Made by a program: the position numbers and the translations under genes. The notes beneath the pieces are model-generated. The model was not told the DNA's origin. It did no database searches and was given only the letters and a program-made list of their open reading frames with translations. Shown piece by piece: positions 24,495 to 39,479 of a stretch of 64,000 nucleotides of DNA; within the stretch, counting starts at the first letter, position 1, and each line of letters opens with the position of its first letter. The DNA is from the human T2T-CHM13v2.0 reference genome, Homo sapiens. The stretch is taken from assembly GCF_009914755.1 (NCBI RefSeq), contig NC_060925.1, one strand, 5' to 3'.

Positions 24495-25400
24495 GTTGAA
24501 AAGACAAGCCACATACTGGGAGAATATATTACAGCACAAATAACGCACAAAGCATTACTATCCGGAATACATAAGTAATTCTTACAAATTGGTAAGAAGA
24601 CAACTCAATTAAAAAAGAGCAAAAGATATGAATGAGCATTTCACAGCAGAAAAATATGAATGAAAAATAAACCACAAGAAAAGATTCTCAGCCTTATAGA
24701 AATCAGGAAAATGTAAATTAAGACCACAGGAAGATTTTCCATGGAAAAGAAGTCCCATAGTGGCAAGTATTGGAGAGGCAGGAATCAACAGGGATCCTTA
24801 TATGCTCCTAATGCAGTGTAAATTGCTGCAACCACTTTAGAATATTGCGATTTCATTACTAAGTGTAAACCCTGGAGATACACTTGCATGCAAGCACCCA
24901 GAGACAGGTGCAAGGATATTCATAGCAGTGCTGTTTATTATGGTAAAAACATGGAAACCACCCTAATGTCCTTAACAGTAAAATTAATTAATTGTGGCAT
25001 CACCATATAATGAAATCCTATACAGCAGTGGCAATGAGTCTAACATAGCTGTGGCTGGATACAGAAGGAATCATAGAATTATAATGCGGAGTGAGAAAAG
25101 CCTGTTGCAGAAGACTACATACAACAGGATTTGACACTTGTAAGGCTCCAAAACAAAGAAAATTAAATGATATTGTTTAGGTTTTCATACATAGGTGATA
25201 AAAGTGTGTTTCTTTGTTTTTAATGAGAAAATTAGTCACAGAATTTAAGATCTTAGTTACTTCTATAGGGAAGGCAGGGGAATGGGACAAGGAGGAAGCC
25301 CACAGCATTGGTCATGCTCTCATGTTGAAGTTGGGTTCAAAGGTGTTCATTATTAAAATGCTTCATAATGATGACCATACATTTGGTATTTCTAGGACAA
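24495..25400 (+). mobile_element. Old L1 (L1M) ORF2 end/3' UTR fragment
   Basis: aaaagacaagccaca...tgggagaa, gcaaaagatatgaat...catttcaca, aggatattcatagcag. Confidence 0.75.
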
Positions 25401-25564
25401 TCTTGGTTTACATCTATTGTCTCAACATAATTATTCAGTGCAAGCCTTTCCTTTCTCAGAAAGGTCCTAATGTAGATAATAAATTATTTTGGCCAACTTA
25501 TTTCTTATAAAATGCAACATGGATCTCTTTTGTATGTATCTATTATTCCATAATCTATACAGGT

Positions 25565-25911
25565 GTTTTTGTTTTTTTGTTTTTGTTTTTGTTGTCATTG
25601 TTGTTGTTTGTTTGTTTTTTTGAGACAAGCCTCTCTCTGTTGCCCAAGCTAGAGTAAAGTGGCACGATCTGAGCTCACTGCAACCTCCGCCTCCGGGTTC
25701 AAGCGATTCTTGTGCCTCAGCTTATCAGGTAGCTGGGACTACAGGCACCCACCACCACATCTGGCTAAATTTTTGTATATTTAGTAGAGACAGGGTTTTG
25801 CCATGTTGCCCAGGCTGATCTCGAACTCCTGGCCTCAAGTGATCTGCCCACCTCAGCCTCCCAAGGCTAGGATTACGCTAAGATTATAGACATAAATCAG
25901 CGCACCTGGCC
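25565..25911 (-). mobile_element. Alu (J/S) with T-rich microsatellite tail
   Basis: Antisense Alu body from tgagacaag to gcacctggcc. Confidence 0.9.
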
Positions 25912-27363
25912 TCCATAATCGATATAGTTTTTAATACTGGGGCCACAGCCTGGCCACAGTCTCATGGGATGTTTGTGGTTTGACCCTAACAACCTTGTGA
26001 ACCAGCCTGGGTAACTGTCCTTGGGGCCTCAATGAACCAAGCCCTGGAGCACCCAGTCCCCAGATCCTTCTGGCCACTCTGACTCCCTGTGCCCTGGACC
26101 CCACACCTCACCTGTCCTGGGCCCCACTCTGTCCTCTCCTCCACTTCTCACTGCCTGTGGAGCCATCTTCCAGGGGCCCTGAAACCTCACCCACAATCCA
26201 GGTCCACCCAGGGCCCCTGTGCCAGGCCCCATGCTGGGTGATATTGGGGAACCATCTTGGGGGCAGCTGGAGATGGAAACCGTGACAACCCAGTGGATCA
26301 AGGCTATGGCACAGACCAGGCTGTGACACTGCAGAGGAGAGGGCTTAGCCCAACCTGGGGCCCAGGGAAGGCTGCCTGGAGCTGTTTTGAAGTCTGACGG
26401 GAGTGAGCTGGGTAGGGAGAGTGGGGGGAAGAGTGCTCCGGGCAGACAGGACAAAGTGCAGACAGTAGGGTAAGGAGGCACGGTGGGGGACGCAGCTCAC
26501 ATGTTGCTGTGAGCAGAGCACAGAGCACAGGGCAGTGCCTGGCAGAAGTGGGTCTGGAAAGGGTGCCTCCTGGAGCCATGAATGCCAAGCCCAGGGTCTT
26601 GGACTGTATCCTGAAGGCAGCAAGGAGGCACTGAAGGCATTAGAGCGAAGCAAGGAGAACTGTCAGGCCAGGTGAGTCATATCAAGTGAGGTGAGAGTGA
26701 AATTGGGAGAGAGAAGCGGAAAGAGACAAGGCAGCAGAGACATTTTATTGTTCTGCTTCGTCCTGGAAACCCACTCCCTGACAGCCTCCTCCCCCTGTCC
26801 TGCACCCACCACCCCCACACCTATCCATACACACACTGCAGAGCCGGTAGGGGAGGAATAGCTCTGTGGTCTTGTGTGCAGGTGCTGCTATGGGACTTCC
26901 TGGGTTCACATCCCAACCTTGCCACTTGTCCTACCTGTGTAACTTTGGGCAGTGGCTCAATGTCTCCATGTGTCCAGTTTCCCTGTAAAATGAGGATGAT
27001 GGAAGTACTTACCTCACTGAAGCTTAACTGAGTCACAGGGGCCTGGCACATAGTAAGCTCTCAATCACTGTGAGCCGTCATGGTCACTGGGGTGACACCA
27101 CCTGCTCTCCTCCAAAACAGAGGAGACTATACCCAAGGAAGAAGAAACCAGAGAAAGGACAGGAAGGTTTGGTGGCAGCGACTAGTCTCGAGACGGCAGT
27201 CCCCAGAACAGGGCTGGATGTGTCCCCACCAGTAGACAGGCCCAGATGCAAGGCCTCTGATGTGTCTGCCGCTGCAGCCTCCATTCCTAGGGTGGTGACT
27301 CAATAAATATGTGCTGAATGAATGAATGAATGAATGAAATGTCATGACTTCCAGGTACCCCAC

Positions 27364-27710
27364 TGATGTGGTTTGACTGTGTCACCACCTAAATCTCATC
27401 TTGAATTGTAGCTCCCACAATCAGGTGTTGTGGGAGGGACGTGAATCATGGGGGTGGGTTTTTCCCATGCTGTTCTCGTGATAGTGACTAAGTCTCACAA
27501 GATCTGATGGTTTTATAAAGGGCAGTTCCCCTACACACGCTTTCTTGCCTGCCACCATGTAAGATGTGCCTTTGCTCCTCCTTCATCTTCCGCCATGATT
27601 GTGAGGCCTCCTCAGCCATGTGGAATTGTGAGTCCATTAAACCTCTTTTTCTTTATAAATTATCAAGTCTCAGGTATGTATTTATAGCAGCATAAGAACA
27701 GACTAATACA
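27364..27710 (+). mobile_element. THE1/MST (ERVL-MaLR) solo LTR with 5-bp TSD CCCAC
   Basis: TGATGTGGTTTG start, GACTAATACA end, ATTAAA signal, perfect CCCAC duplication at 27359-63 and 27711-15. Confidence 0.92.
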
Positions 27711-28715
27711 CCCACCTACAAATAAAGCCCTGAGGTCTCTTCCCCGCCCTTGCTTGGGTGGGTGCAGTGAGTGGAATGTGTAGTCCCTGATGCACCATCT
27801 CCGGCCCTTACAGTTTATGGCTCCTCACTGGGCTGTGTCCAGCAACATCTATCCTGCTGTTTCCCCTACTCTGGGCCGTCCCTGCTCTTGCCGCTTTCCT
27901 GGGGAGTGGGTGAGGACTGAGGGACACTCAGCCCCAGCCTGGGGACCCAGGGACGAGGAGACACCTCGGGAGGGCTGGGTCACTTCAGGCAATTACCTTC
28001 ACCTCTCTAAGCCTCTTGAAAATGGGCAGAATGATCCCTAGGTGTCAGAGGTATGGAGAGCATCATGGGAGATGACATCCCTGAAGTGAGGCACACTGTG
28101 ATCTGTGTGTCAGCATTGCCAGGCTGGGAATAGGGTGAACCTGTGAGGCACCTGGGGTGCAAGTTCTCCCTGGGTCTGGCCCTGTGCTTGGTAAATGCTG
28201 CCTTTTACTACATAAGGGGCAAGTCTGTCAAGAGTGCCTGAGCAATGGCCTGCAGCCGGGCCTGGGGACAGGGCTTTCCTGGGCTGGTGATGGTCTGAAG
28301 CCCAAGTGGCAAGAAGAAAACTGGAGCCAAGAGGCCCCTCCCACTCAGGACCAGCCTCTCCCCACCCCTCACCCCATACTCCCCAGGAGCCCAATAGACA
28401 CATCATTTCTCTTCCCCTCCATGAGTGAGCTCCGGCGGGGGGTGGTGGCCTGGTTTCCCAGGCCCTGCCCCTGGGACCCCCAACCTGTCTCGGAGGAGAT
28501 GCCTTCCCAGCCTCAGGCCATAGCCCGCCCAGCCCACCCTGGGACTGACTCCAGCACAGACACCAGATGGCACCTCTGTGTGTGAGCCCACTGTGGGGTG
28601 TTGCATGTTTCTGCATGACTGTACATGTGTGTGCATATCCATGTGTGGAGAGGGCTATTTCTTCATGTGGTCTTGCATGGGTAGCTGAGTCTGTGTGCGC
28701 TTGGAAGTATGCTAT

Positions 28716-28718
<3 letters not shown>

Positions 28719-28750
<32 letters not shown>
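28719..28750. repeat. (TG)16 microsatellite within a TG-rich low-complexity region
   Basis: Read directly. Confidence 0.95.
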
Positions 28751-28754
<4 letters not shown>

Positions 28755-29644
28755 CTCCCAGATGTCAACTTGTTGCTTGTGTCACCATTAGCATGTATCT
28801 GGGTGTCCTGGTTAGAGGGTCATGTGTATGTGCCTGTGCCTTTGTGTAATTGGCCCTTGGGGTGTCTGGGTGTATCTAGATGAAGAGAGCTTTGTTATAC
28901 ATCTGTGTGGTTGCATACTTCTGAGTGTGTTGCTGTGCATTTGGAGGGGTTTGTGTAAAATTACTAGGTGCCTAGTCTAGGACTTGAGACAAACAAGACA
29001 ATCACAGTGGTGTGTGATGCTGTGGGGCCATGGGGTTTCAGAGAAAGGGAGGACGAACCCTACCTGCAGGGAGATGGAAGTCTTTCTGGAGGAGAGTGAG
29101 AGAGCCTTCAGGCGGACGGAACCGCGGAACAGGTGCAGAAGTTGGAAAGCATGTATTGAAGCAAGGCTGGAGACGTCTCCTCACTTAAGAAGACTTGGAA
29201 TGGCGGGATATAGGACAGGAGAAGTCAAAGAGTATGTTCAGTATGGTCATGGCTTCCATGGGGCCTGCTGTGGGATCCCAGATCTAGGCTCTGGAAACTG
29301 AGAGAAAGGGACAGCCCTGGTGAGGATGGAGAACAGGCAGCATTAGCTGGACCAGCCCTGCCCCAGGTTTCTAGGGAGATGGATGGCATAGCTCCCACAT
29401 CGTTCTTGGGCTGATACTTCTCTTTCCCAGGGGTGATGGCCTGTGCACCCAACCAGACCCAACCAGATCCTGTGGTGGGGCTGGAGTGAGGTGGATGGGG
29501 AGCTGTCTGGGACAGGAATCCCTGTGTCCTGCATCCTCATTGCTGGCTCTGCTGCTGACATCATAACGCTGGAGGTAGGAGAAGAGCCCATGTGGATTTC
29601 GGGTCCAGCATGCCCCATCAGGCTGGTGCTCTGCGCTCATGAGT

Positions 29645-29925
29645 AGTGGGTAAAAAAAACAAGGACTTGGGAGCTGAAGGCTTGGATTTAAACCCTGACT
29701 CTACCACACACTTGTCTGTGACCTTGGGCAAATCACCTAACTTGTGCTTTCAGTTTCTCTGTGCCTCAGTTTCCTGATCTATAATCAGGGGATGATAATA
29801 GCATTGATGCCCGTCAATAGTATCGATGTGCAGATTAAACTAGTAATATGTTAAAAATGCTTATAATAGCACCTTTTCCAATAACCAAAAGTGATGGAAA
29901 CATTAGCTACTATGGTATTATTATT
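29645..29925 (+). mobile_element. MIR SINE
   Basis: tgtgaccttgggcaaatcacctaac...tctgtgcctcagtttcctgatctataa. Confidence 0.7.
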
Positions 29926-30954
29926 TCCTTACATTCTCACAACGACTGTATGAGGCCCACATTATTTCCTTCACTTCAATAACACAGGCTTTGGACTTAC
30001 CCAGGTCTCGGTCTGAATCCTGACTCTGAATCCACCCCTAGCTGTGTGAACCCGGGAAAGCTGCTTCCCCTCTCTGCGTTTCAGAGTCCCCATGCATGGA
30101 ATGAGGTTGCTGTCAGGAATGAATGGAATGATACATGCAAGGCTCTGAGCCGGGTGCCTGGGGCAGGGTACACACTTCTGACGGGTCATAAAAGGTGAGG
30201 ACCCAGAACCAGTGTGGTTAAGCAGCTTGGCCAGGGTCTCAGGGCCAGTAAGGAGCAGGGCCGGGACTGGAACATGGAGGGTCTGACCAGAGGCCCAGGT
30301 GCCTCTCCCCTGCCAGGCTGCCTCTCCTCTGGGTCTTGGTGTCTCCATCTGTAAGGTGAGTTGCTACACTGAGAGGGCCTGCTGGATGGGTCAGCGAGGA
30401 GGGAGGGTGCTGGGTTCAGACTGCAGGGCTGGAAGGGAGTGGAGGAGGCCCAAACCCCCAACCCGGACCAGAATTATGGTCCCGTGACCACAGCCTTCTG
30501 CTCTACCAGAGATCTGCCCCTTCACCCAGCCCCTCACCAGAACAGGCTCCCTGGTGGAGGCCCCCAATGCCACATATTTCTCCATCTGTTCCCTACCAAT
30601 CATCCTGTGAACTTGGGTGAATCTCTCAACCTCCCCAGCTTCAGCAGCCTCATCTAGGCACCACACAAGCTCACTGCTTGTGGAAGTGCCTGACTTGTGT
30701 ATCAATGACTAGCACTTGCTGGGCACCTGCTGGGTGCCACGCTCTTTTCTAGGCACTTTACCTGCATTAATTAAGTTAATCATCCCACCAGCCCTGTAAG
30801 TGGCATACTGCTCCCAGGATGGGATGAGATCCTGCACCCTGGGGAGGGACAAATTAGATAATGGAAGAAAATTGCTATGAACGGGGCTGGGCACCTGGTA
30901 AATGCTACATACGTGTTTATTTTCTTGTTATTATTCTTCCCAGGACTTCCAAGT

Positions 30955-31097
30955 TGGTTTTTGTTTTGTTTTATTTTAGAGATGAGGTCTCACTATGTTG
31001 TTCAGGCTAGATTCAAACTCTGGGCTCAAGCAATCTCCTTGCTTCAGCTTCTTGAGTAGCTGGGGCTACAGGTGTGAGCCACCACGCTCAGCTCCGG
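30955..31097 (-). mobile_element. FLAM-like Alu monomer
   Basis: agagatgaggtctcactatgttg...ggctcaagcaatc...acaggtgtgagccacc; single arm only. Confidence 0.8.
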
Positions 31098-31510
31098 CAC
31101 TTTCAAGTTTACAAAACACCAGGACCTCCATGCTTCTTTGGGAAAGTGGGACACAGGGAGCAGGCATTATTACTCTCATTTTTGCTGCATTCATCTGTTC
31201 TCCACTCATTCATTCATCAATCCAGCATCCGTCCAAGGACCAGGCCTAGGCCAGGTGCTCTGGAGACCCTGACAAGAGGCTAGGGGCTTCTAGTTTTGCT
31301 CAGGGGCAGAAAGCCCACAGGCCTTCAGGGGCTGGGGAGTGAGACCCACTCCAGTGGGTGGTTGCCTGGCAGGGATAGGGACCCGGTGAGACCAGCTCTT
31401 CTGATTCTTCAAGAAAAGCTTTCAAGAAAATAGATCTAGATTTTTGTGTAAAATATCTTGATCTTTTATCTTTTAAATGTTTGCAACCAATTTGATAAAA
31501 ACAAACAAAT

Positions 31511-31785
31511 GGCCAGGCACAGGGGCTCACGCATGTAATCCCAGCACTTTGAGAGGCCGAGGTGGGAGAATTGCTTGGACTTCGAGACCAGCCTGGGCAA
31601 CATAGTGAGACCTCATCTCTACTAAAAATAAAAAATTAGCCAGACATGGTGATGCACGCCCATAGTCTTAGCTACTCTGAAGGTTGAGTTTGGGAGATCT
31701 GGGCTGCAGTGAGCTATAATTGCACTACTGCACTCAAGCCTGGGCAACAGAGCGAGTTGCTGACTCAAACAAACAAGCAAAAAAG
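31511..31785 (+). mobile_element. AluJ (internally deleted)
   Basis: ggccaggcacaggggctcacgcatgtaatcccagcac...gcagtgagc...gcctgggcaacagagcgag. Confidence 0.88.
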
Positions 31786-31967
31786 GGAAGAAAGAAAGCT
31801 ACTGTGCAGTCTGTGTCCTGTCCGTGGAATGAATGTTTAACACCCTCCCATGGCCCTCATCACCCTGTAACCCTGACCTGGCATTCCAGATCCTTCTCTG
31901 TTTGGGCCTTGCTCTCCTCCCTTCGCCTCACCTCTTGAGGACCTTGCTCTGGGATGCCCACCATCTG

Positions 31968-32024
31968 TCACACCTTCTTTCCCAAGCCCGATCACACCTC
32001 CTTTCCCAAGCCCGATCACACCTC
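31968..32024. repeat. 24-bp tandem repeat (~2.4 copies)
   Basis: tcacaccttctttcccaagcccga / tcacacctcctttcccaagcccga / tcacacctc. Confidence 0.9.
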
Positions 32025-33366
32025 TGAGCCTTTGCATATGCTGTGCACCCTACCTTTTGTCTTTTGTCTAATATTTGAGGCCATGTACATGGGTGCTGCT
32101 CTACACACAGAGATCCAAAAGCAAGCAGAAAGGACAAAGACCCTCCCCTCAGAGAACTTACATTCTAGGGGGGAGCCAGAAAATAAAGAAATCATTAAAA
32201 TCATGATAGATGGCAATAAGGACTGTGCTCAAAAACTAAAGCAGGGAATGGGGACTGGGGCTGCTGAGGCAAGGAGGATGCTGGCATTTTAAACAAGTCT
32301 GCCAGGGAAGATCTTGGTGGGCTGGGCCCAGCCCAGGACTTTCCCACTTTGGGAGAAGCCTATGCACCTGGGAGTCAAGTGGCTGAATCTGGGTCATTCC
32401 AGCAGGGCTTCCTGGAGGAGGTGTCCAATGATGGCCTTGGAGGATGAGAAGGGAGTGGTTACTATGCAGGGTATGAGGGTCCTGAGGAGAGATTCCTAGT
32501 GGAGGCTGGAAGTTAATTCACTCCTGATCTATTGGGTACCAGGCAGAGTGGGTAGGGGACAGCCCTCACCCCAAGACTGGGCCTTGAACCCAGACTATTG
32601 ACCCAAGCCCCTCATTACCAGAAGCCCTTTGGCTCCCACCAGACCCCGTTCTCCTACATCAGGAACTACCGGGGCTGAGGCAGCAGGTGGCTGTGTCTGG
32701 AGCTGGTCAGGGAGAACGCACATGAGACAGGAACAAGGCCAAGTGAACGCCTGGTGACCAGATGCTCTGTGGCCTGTAGGGCAGGCAGGTGGATACAGAG
32801 GATGCTGGGCTGGGCCTTCTTAGGGGCTCTCCTACCATCCCCTGCCAACGTTTGCCAAGAAGTGCAGTTGTGGCCAAGATGCCACAGGCCACTCTTCTTT
32901 TATTTATGGATTTAATTTGTCCCATGCATCATGCTGACAGCTCGGAAGTAGGCAGCTGCAGGGGCCCTGGCCTGGCTCCTCCTTGATTCGGCCTGTGCTT
33001 AGGCTAGCTGGGCCCAGAGGTATTTCTCTGCTGCTGATTTGTGCCTGAGGCCCTAGGGGATGGGGTGGTTCAGCTGCTATTTGTGGAAGTTTCTGGGGTG
33101 TGCCAACCTGACCAAGAATCGTTCCTTATCCCTGGGCCCAGAGCAAGTTCATTGCCCCCATTTTGCAGGTATGGAAGGTGAGGCCCAAGGTGACATGGTG
33201 AGTCTGTGGCAGAGACCCTGGGACTGCTGTGTCCCAGCTGGCACTTGCCACTATCTGGTCCAGCTCGGGATTTTGTCAGCCAGGCCTCCCAGCCAGGAAG
33301 AGGGTGTTGCCTGCTCCCCATCAGTGGGAATGGGTGAAGGGAGAAGCAAACTGGGGGAGGGAGAGT

Positions 33367-33932
<566 letters not shown>

Positions 33933-34334
33933 TGAACTCCTATTTAAAGACAGTTCCCCTTTTTCCAGCTCTTGGTAGCAGAACATAGTGGGTAAAAGTG
34001 CAGGCTTTGGGGTCCAGCTACCTTGATGTGGCTCCTGGCTGTGGCCTTGAACCAGTTACTTAACCGGCCTCCATTTCTTCACCTAAAAAGTGGAGATAAT
34101 GACGTACATACTACCCCATCAGGTGTTTGGGAGGCTGTGATGGGAATATATGTAAGTCGTCAGAATGGAGCCCACACAAGGCGGGTGCTCCATAAATGTG
34201 GGCTGCGCCATGGTTGGCCCATTCTTTGGCGAGCTCTCAGCAGGGTCATTAACATGGGCCATGGAGAATAGCCACGTGGCACCTGGTGATGGCCCAGCAC
34301 TGCGAGGGGGTTGAATTGTCTCCTCTTATTCCTA

Positions 34335-34336
<2 letters not shown>

Positions 34337-34384
<48 letters not shown>
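34337..34384. repeat. (CA)24 microsatellite
   Basis: Read directly. Confidence 0.95.
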
Positions 34385-34387
<3 letters not shown>

Positions 34388-36569
34388 AGCCAACTCTGCA
34401 CAGACTGCATTTTTGTAATGTCAGATTTATTACGGCTTGTATAGGGCTGTTAATTCTTTATTTTAATTTTTAAAATTTAATAACATTGTGTTGTTTTCAC
34501 TGTTCATTTTTAAGATTAAAGTCTACTTGAGGCAAGTCATACTGGTTTTCCATTTGTAGAAATAATGAAACGTTTCCTTTTAAAATAAAGTTTAAGAAGT
34601 GAGTTGATCTCTGAACTACCTTCACAGTATTTCTGTGTATCTAAAACTGTCCTAAACTAAATAGTTACTTAAAAAATACCCAGGTTCATTTTTTTTTAAA
34701 GCTTTTAGAGAAAAGTGAGTTGATTAAAGGGAGGTATGAAGTAAATGCTGGCGAATGCTGCTTCGCTGGGAACTGGTTTCATCCTGCTTTCCTCCCAGCC
34801 CTGATGGACTGTTCACAAGAGAGGGCATGGGGAGGCTGGAGAGGGGAGAGGAGGAAGTGTGGGTGACAAAGCCCAGAGCTCTTTGGGAGTGGGGGCAGGG
34901 TGTCTCCCAGGGTCCCTCTCATAGGTGTGACAGAGTGAGTTTAATGACAGGTGAAGGGATGGTTAAATTCCCCGAGACAGCAACAGTGGGGAGCAGTTAC
35001 TACCCCTGGACCCGCAGGGCAAAGCGGGCAGCGGTCCTGGAGCCACGTGAGGGCTGAGGCAGTGGAAGAGGGCCAGTGGCCTTCGGTACAGGAACACAAC
35101 TGGCTCAGCAGGGACGGCACCAGGGAGTGAACCTGCCAGCCTCTCTCTCCTTCCCACCCCCAGAGCTCCTGCTGCTCCTTCCTGCTGAGCAAACCCACCA
35201 GAAGCCAGAGGCCAGGGAGCTCGTGTGAGGCATCAGTCCACAGAGCAGAGGCAGAGAACGCAGCTGCAGGGCCGGCGGAGAGGACCTAGTCCTGGCAGGT
35301 GGGGCTGGGAGGGCAGAAGCTCTGCAGATCTGTGGGAAGAGCCTGGAAGCCAGAGTCAGCTGTCTTGTGTCACACCTACTGTGTGCCACAGGATGCGCCG
35401 CTTCTCCTCCCAAGCCTTGGTTTCCTCATCTGTCCTCTGGGGCAGCCGACGGCTCCCCCTAGGAGTGCAGAGAAGCCGCCATGGGTCAATGTAGGGTATG
35501 TGTAAGCCCTGGGCACGCGGTAGGCTTGCTGGTCAAACAGAATACCGTCTGCCCTTTCCAAGAGAGGACAGAGCCCCTCCTGTCTCCTCACAGTCACTGG
35601 TGGGGTGCCGCACTCTGCCAACTTCCTCTAAGCCACTTTGGGGGTAGTAATGTCCCCTGCACAGGTCCCTGTTGGTTTGGCCACCACCAGTTTGCTCAAA
35701 CCAGGCCTCCGGCCTGCAATGCCAGGATGCTCCTTGGTGTCTCTAATCCTACCACACACACTGAGTCTCACCTTGTTACCCCATCAAGCTACAGAGGAGG
35801 AGCCCAAGGTCTCAGGAGGGAAGTGGCTAGTCCAAAGTTGCTACAAGCCAGTGGCCGGTCAGTGGGACTGCCAGGGGCTGGTTTGGTCAGAACATTGCCG
35901 GGGAGGCCCTTCCCCTAGACCTGGCCTGGTTCCTGGCCTGAGGGGCCTCCCCGGGAGGCAAGAGAACCCTGGTCAAGGCTTCTGGATCCTTTATTTTCCA
36001 ACCTCATTAAACACCTGCAGATCCATTTGCTACCTAATAATACGGAGGGAGCACCAGGGAATTTTTGAAGGAAAAAAAATCATTCAAATTGAAGAAAGAA
36101 ATAAACACAGGCTTGCAGGAGTGCAAGTGCCCTGGGGAGTTCCAGTGATTTCAATACCCACCCATCTCTAACAGTAGCCCCCACCCCCATTTCTTTACAA
36201 ATAGCTGATGGCCTCTTGGCCTTGAGTAAAGAAATTACAAAAGTACCTCCAAGCCCCTCCTTCCTCCCATGTCCTCCCTTGGCCCAGCAGGGAAAGTCCT
36301 GGCTCCAATCCCTGACTGTGCTGACTGGCTGTGTGGTCTTGAGCGCATGACTGCCCTCTCTGGGCCTCAGTCTTTCCCACCTGTGTAAAGGAATAATGGT
36401 CCTTCTCCTATTCTCATCCTGCTGGTCTAGGAGAAAACACCTGGCCCCAGCCATTCTTCTCTCTCTCTCTCTCTCTCTCTCCTCACCTTCCGACAGCCCC
36501 ACCATGCTCCAGCCACACTGAACTTCCTGCCACTCCCCAAATATATCAGATGAGTTAGGGAAGGTGCGT

Positions 36570-37305
36570 CAATTGGATTTTGTTGTGTAATAAACTGCCT
36601 CCCAGTTGCACCTGTTGGTTTAAAACAATAAGCATTTATGGTTCCACTGGGCAGTTGTGTTGATGTCACTGTGTTTATTGTTGCACCTGAGTCAGGATGT
36701 CCCATCTGTGACAGGTTGATTACACACTTGGCCCCAGGTCTCCACCCTCCTCCCATATCTGTGACCCTTGCAGTGTGACTTCACAGTTCCTCCATCAAGC
36801 GGGTGGTGGTGGGGTGCCATTTTCCTACCCCTCCATCTGGGCTGGCCTTATGATTTGCTTTGACCAACGGAATGTGGCAGCAGCGATGACAGGCCAGTTC
36901 TCAGCCTCAGCTGTAAGAAAGAGGCCCTACATGCTTCTTTTCACTGTCCTGGCCCATCACTGCTGCCATGAGAATGACTGGGCTTGGCTGCTGGAGAATG
37001 AGAGACCCCATGGAGGGAGGCCTCAGCCACCGCAGCCCAGGCCCACCCAGACCTGACAGCCCCTAGTCAACCAGGGTCACCGAATTGTCTCAGTTTGCCC
37101 AGGATTAAGGTTTCTCCTGGGACATGGGTCTTTCAGGGCTATCACTGGGACAGTCCTAGGAAAATCAGGATGTTTGATCACCCTAAGCTGACCCACCTGC
37201 TGACTCAGGTAGAGGAACAAATCCTGCTGAGATCAAAAGAACTGCCCTGCTGGCCTGTAAATGCCGATTGTTTTAAAGCAACTACTGCATTTGGAAGGTG
37301 ACTTG
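36570..37305. mobile_element. MLT1-family LTR fragments with a nested MER81-like hAT element (~37072-37185)
   Basis: MLT1 motifs (tgctttgaccaacggaatgtggcag; tgttttaaagcaact...ttgttatacagcaa). Nested element with inverted ends agggtcacc...gatcacccta. Confidence 0.6.
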
Positions 37306-39443
37306 TTATACAGCAAAATCTTCCTCATACACCTCCATCTCTGTGTGAAGAACTCAGAGTTGCTGCCTATGGCTGTGCAGGTTGTGCACTGCACAACTGC
37401 AGGGAGACCCAGTCCCAGAGAACACATTGTGAATGGCACTGCTTAGGATTGTGCAGGATGGAAGTCCTAGATAAACTCAGCCAGGCTCCAGTTCAAATGT
37501 CGCCTCCTCTGTGAAGTCTTCCCAGACTCCCCTGGATCTAATTTACTGGGGGAAAAGGAACCTCCTGTGCTAAAAAGAGCACAGGTTTTAGAGTCAGACA
37601 GGCCTGGTTCAGAGGCCCTGCTGCTTACACACCGGGCCAGTCATTTGAACCTCACAGAGACTAGGAATGGCTGCAGCTGCCATTCTTGGGGTTGTGATGA
37701 GGAGAGAGCACAGGGACAGTGCCTGGCAGACAGTGTGTGTTTCACAGAAGCATCAAGCCCAGGCGCCTCCCCACACAGCCCCGAACCCTCTTCTCTCTGT
37801 TCCCGCTGCTGTGGTTCCTTCCCTGGCTCCAAGACTTTCTTCCTCCACAAAATGCAGTCACTTCCTTGCTGGTGTCCCATCCCCCAGGCTTGCGCTGTAT
37901 TATGTATTGAGGCCAAAGGGACTTTCTCTTTTTTAATTTTTAAAAAATTATGTAGTAAAATTTATTTTTTTCTTTTGATGTACAATCCTATGAATTCTAA
38001 CTCATGTACAAACGTATGTAACCACCACCATAATCAGAACACAAGGGACTTTCTTTTCAAAGTATGTCTTTTTTGATACTAAAATTTTGGAATAGATAAC
38101 ATATACTTTGTAAAAAAAAATACGTAAAAGTATAAAAGTTACTCGGTAAGAACTGTGTCTCCCACTGCTGGTTACTCCTCAGATGCAATTTGTAGTTTTT
38201 AGTTTTGACAACTGTATACACGTGTAACTATTCAAAATAAAACAGAGAATATTTCCATCATTCCAGAAGATTCCCTCATGCTCCTTCCTGGTCAGTCTCC
38301 ACTCCCATCATCCCAGAGGCAACAACTGAGATTTTTCATCACAGATTTGTTTTGCTTGTTCTAAAATGTACCCTTCTAGAGATATTTCATGCCTATACAA
38401 GCATAAGTATGTAGAACTATCCTGAAGACTCCAATTTTATATCACTGAAACCATATCTTGTTTTTTTGTACTTAATATATTTTGGAAATTGTTTTAGATC
38501 AGTAACAATTGCAGCCTACACACACGGTCCTTACCATAGACCACTGATCTAAATGCTTTGTGTATATTTGCTTATTTAATTTTCAGCACAGTTTTGAGGT
38601 AGGTGACATTATTGTTATTATTGTTGTTGCTGCTGTTATTATACTATCATCATTATCATTCTTACCAGTCCCATTTTAGAGATAACAAAAACTGAGGCAC
38701 AGAGAGATTAGGTTAGGGAACTGGCTCTAGGTCACACAGTCAGTAAATGGCAGAGCTGGGGTTAGGAGCCAGGCATCCTAGCTCCAGAGTCTGTGTTCTG
38801 AGGGACCACATTCAACTGCTCTGGTGTACTTCAAGCAATCTCAAGGAATTCCATTATATCAAGACACAGTCATTTATTTAACCAGCATCCTCCTGATGGC
38901 TATTATTTGCCACTGTGAACAGGGATGCAATGGATATCTCTGTCATTCATCTTTCTGGACATGTGGAAGTGTATCTGTTGAATTAATTCCTGGAAGCTGA
39001 ATGCCTGGGTCACAGGGTGAGTGCAATTTTGTATTTGATAGATATCGCCAGAATGTCCTCCCAAGAGTTATCAATTTATATTCCCATTAACAAGGCAGGA
39101 GAGAGTTTACTGCCCTCCACTCTTACCAACATAAGATATTATCAAAATTTTTTATCTGTGTTATCTAGCTGGGGAAAATTGTAACTTCATGTCATTTGTA
39201 TTGGCATCTTCTCTTATTGTAATTTAGGGGGACATCTTTTCATGTATTTGGAAGCCATTTGCATATACTTTCTGTGAGCCATCTGTCCATGCCCTGTGCC
39301 CATTTTTTTCTTGGGTTATTAATCTTTAAAAAAAGAGTGGTCTCTCTTTATATAATAGTTTATTCATTTTCTTTCCATTTTATTTGTGGTATTCCCCTCC
39401 CCCCCCCAATCAGATGTGGTTAATTTTAGTGTGATCATATTTA

Positions 39444-39479
<36 letters not shown>

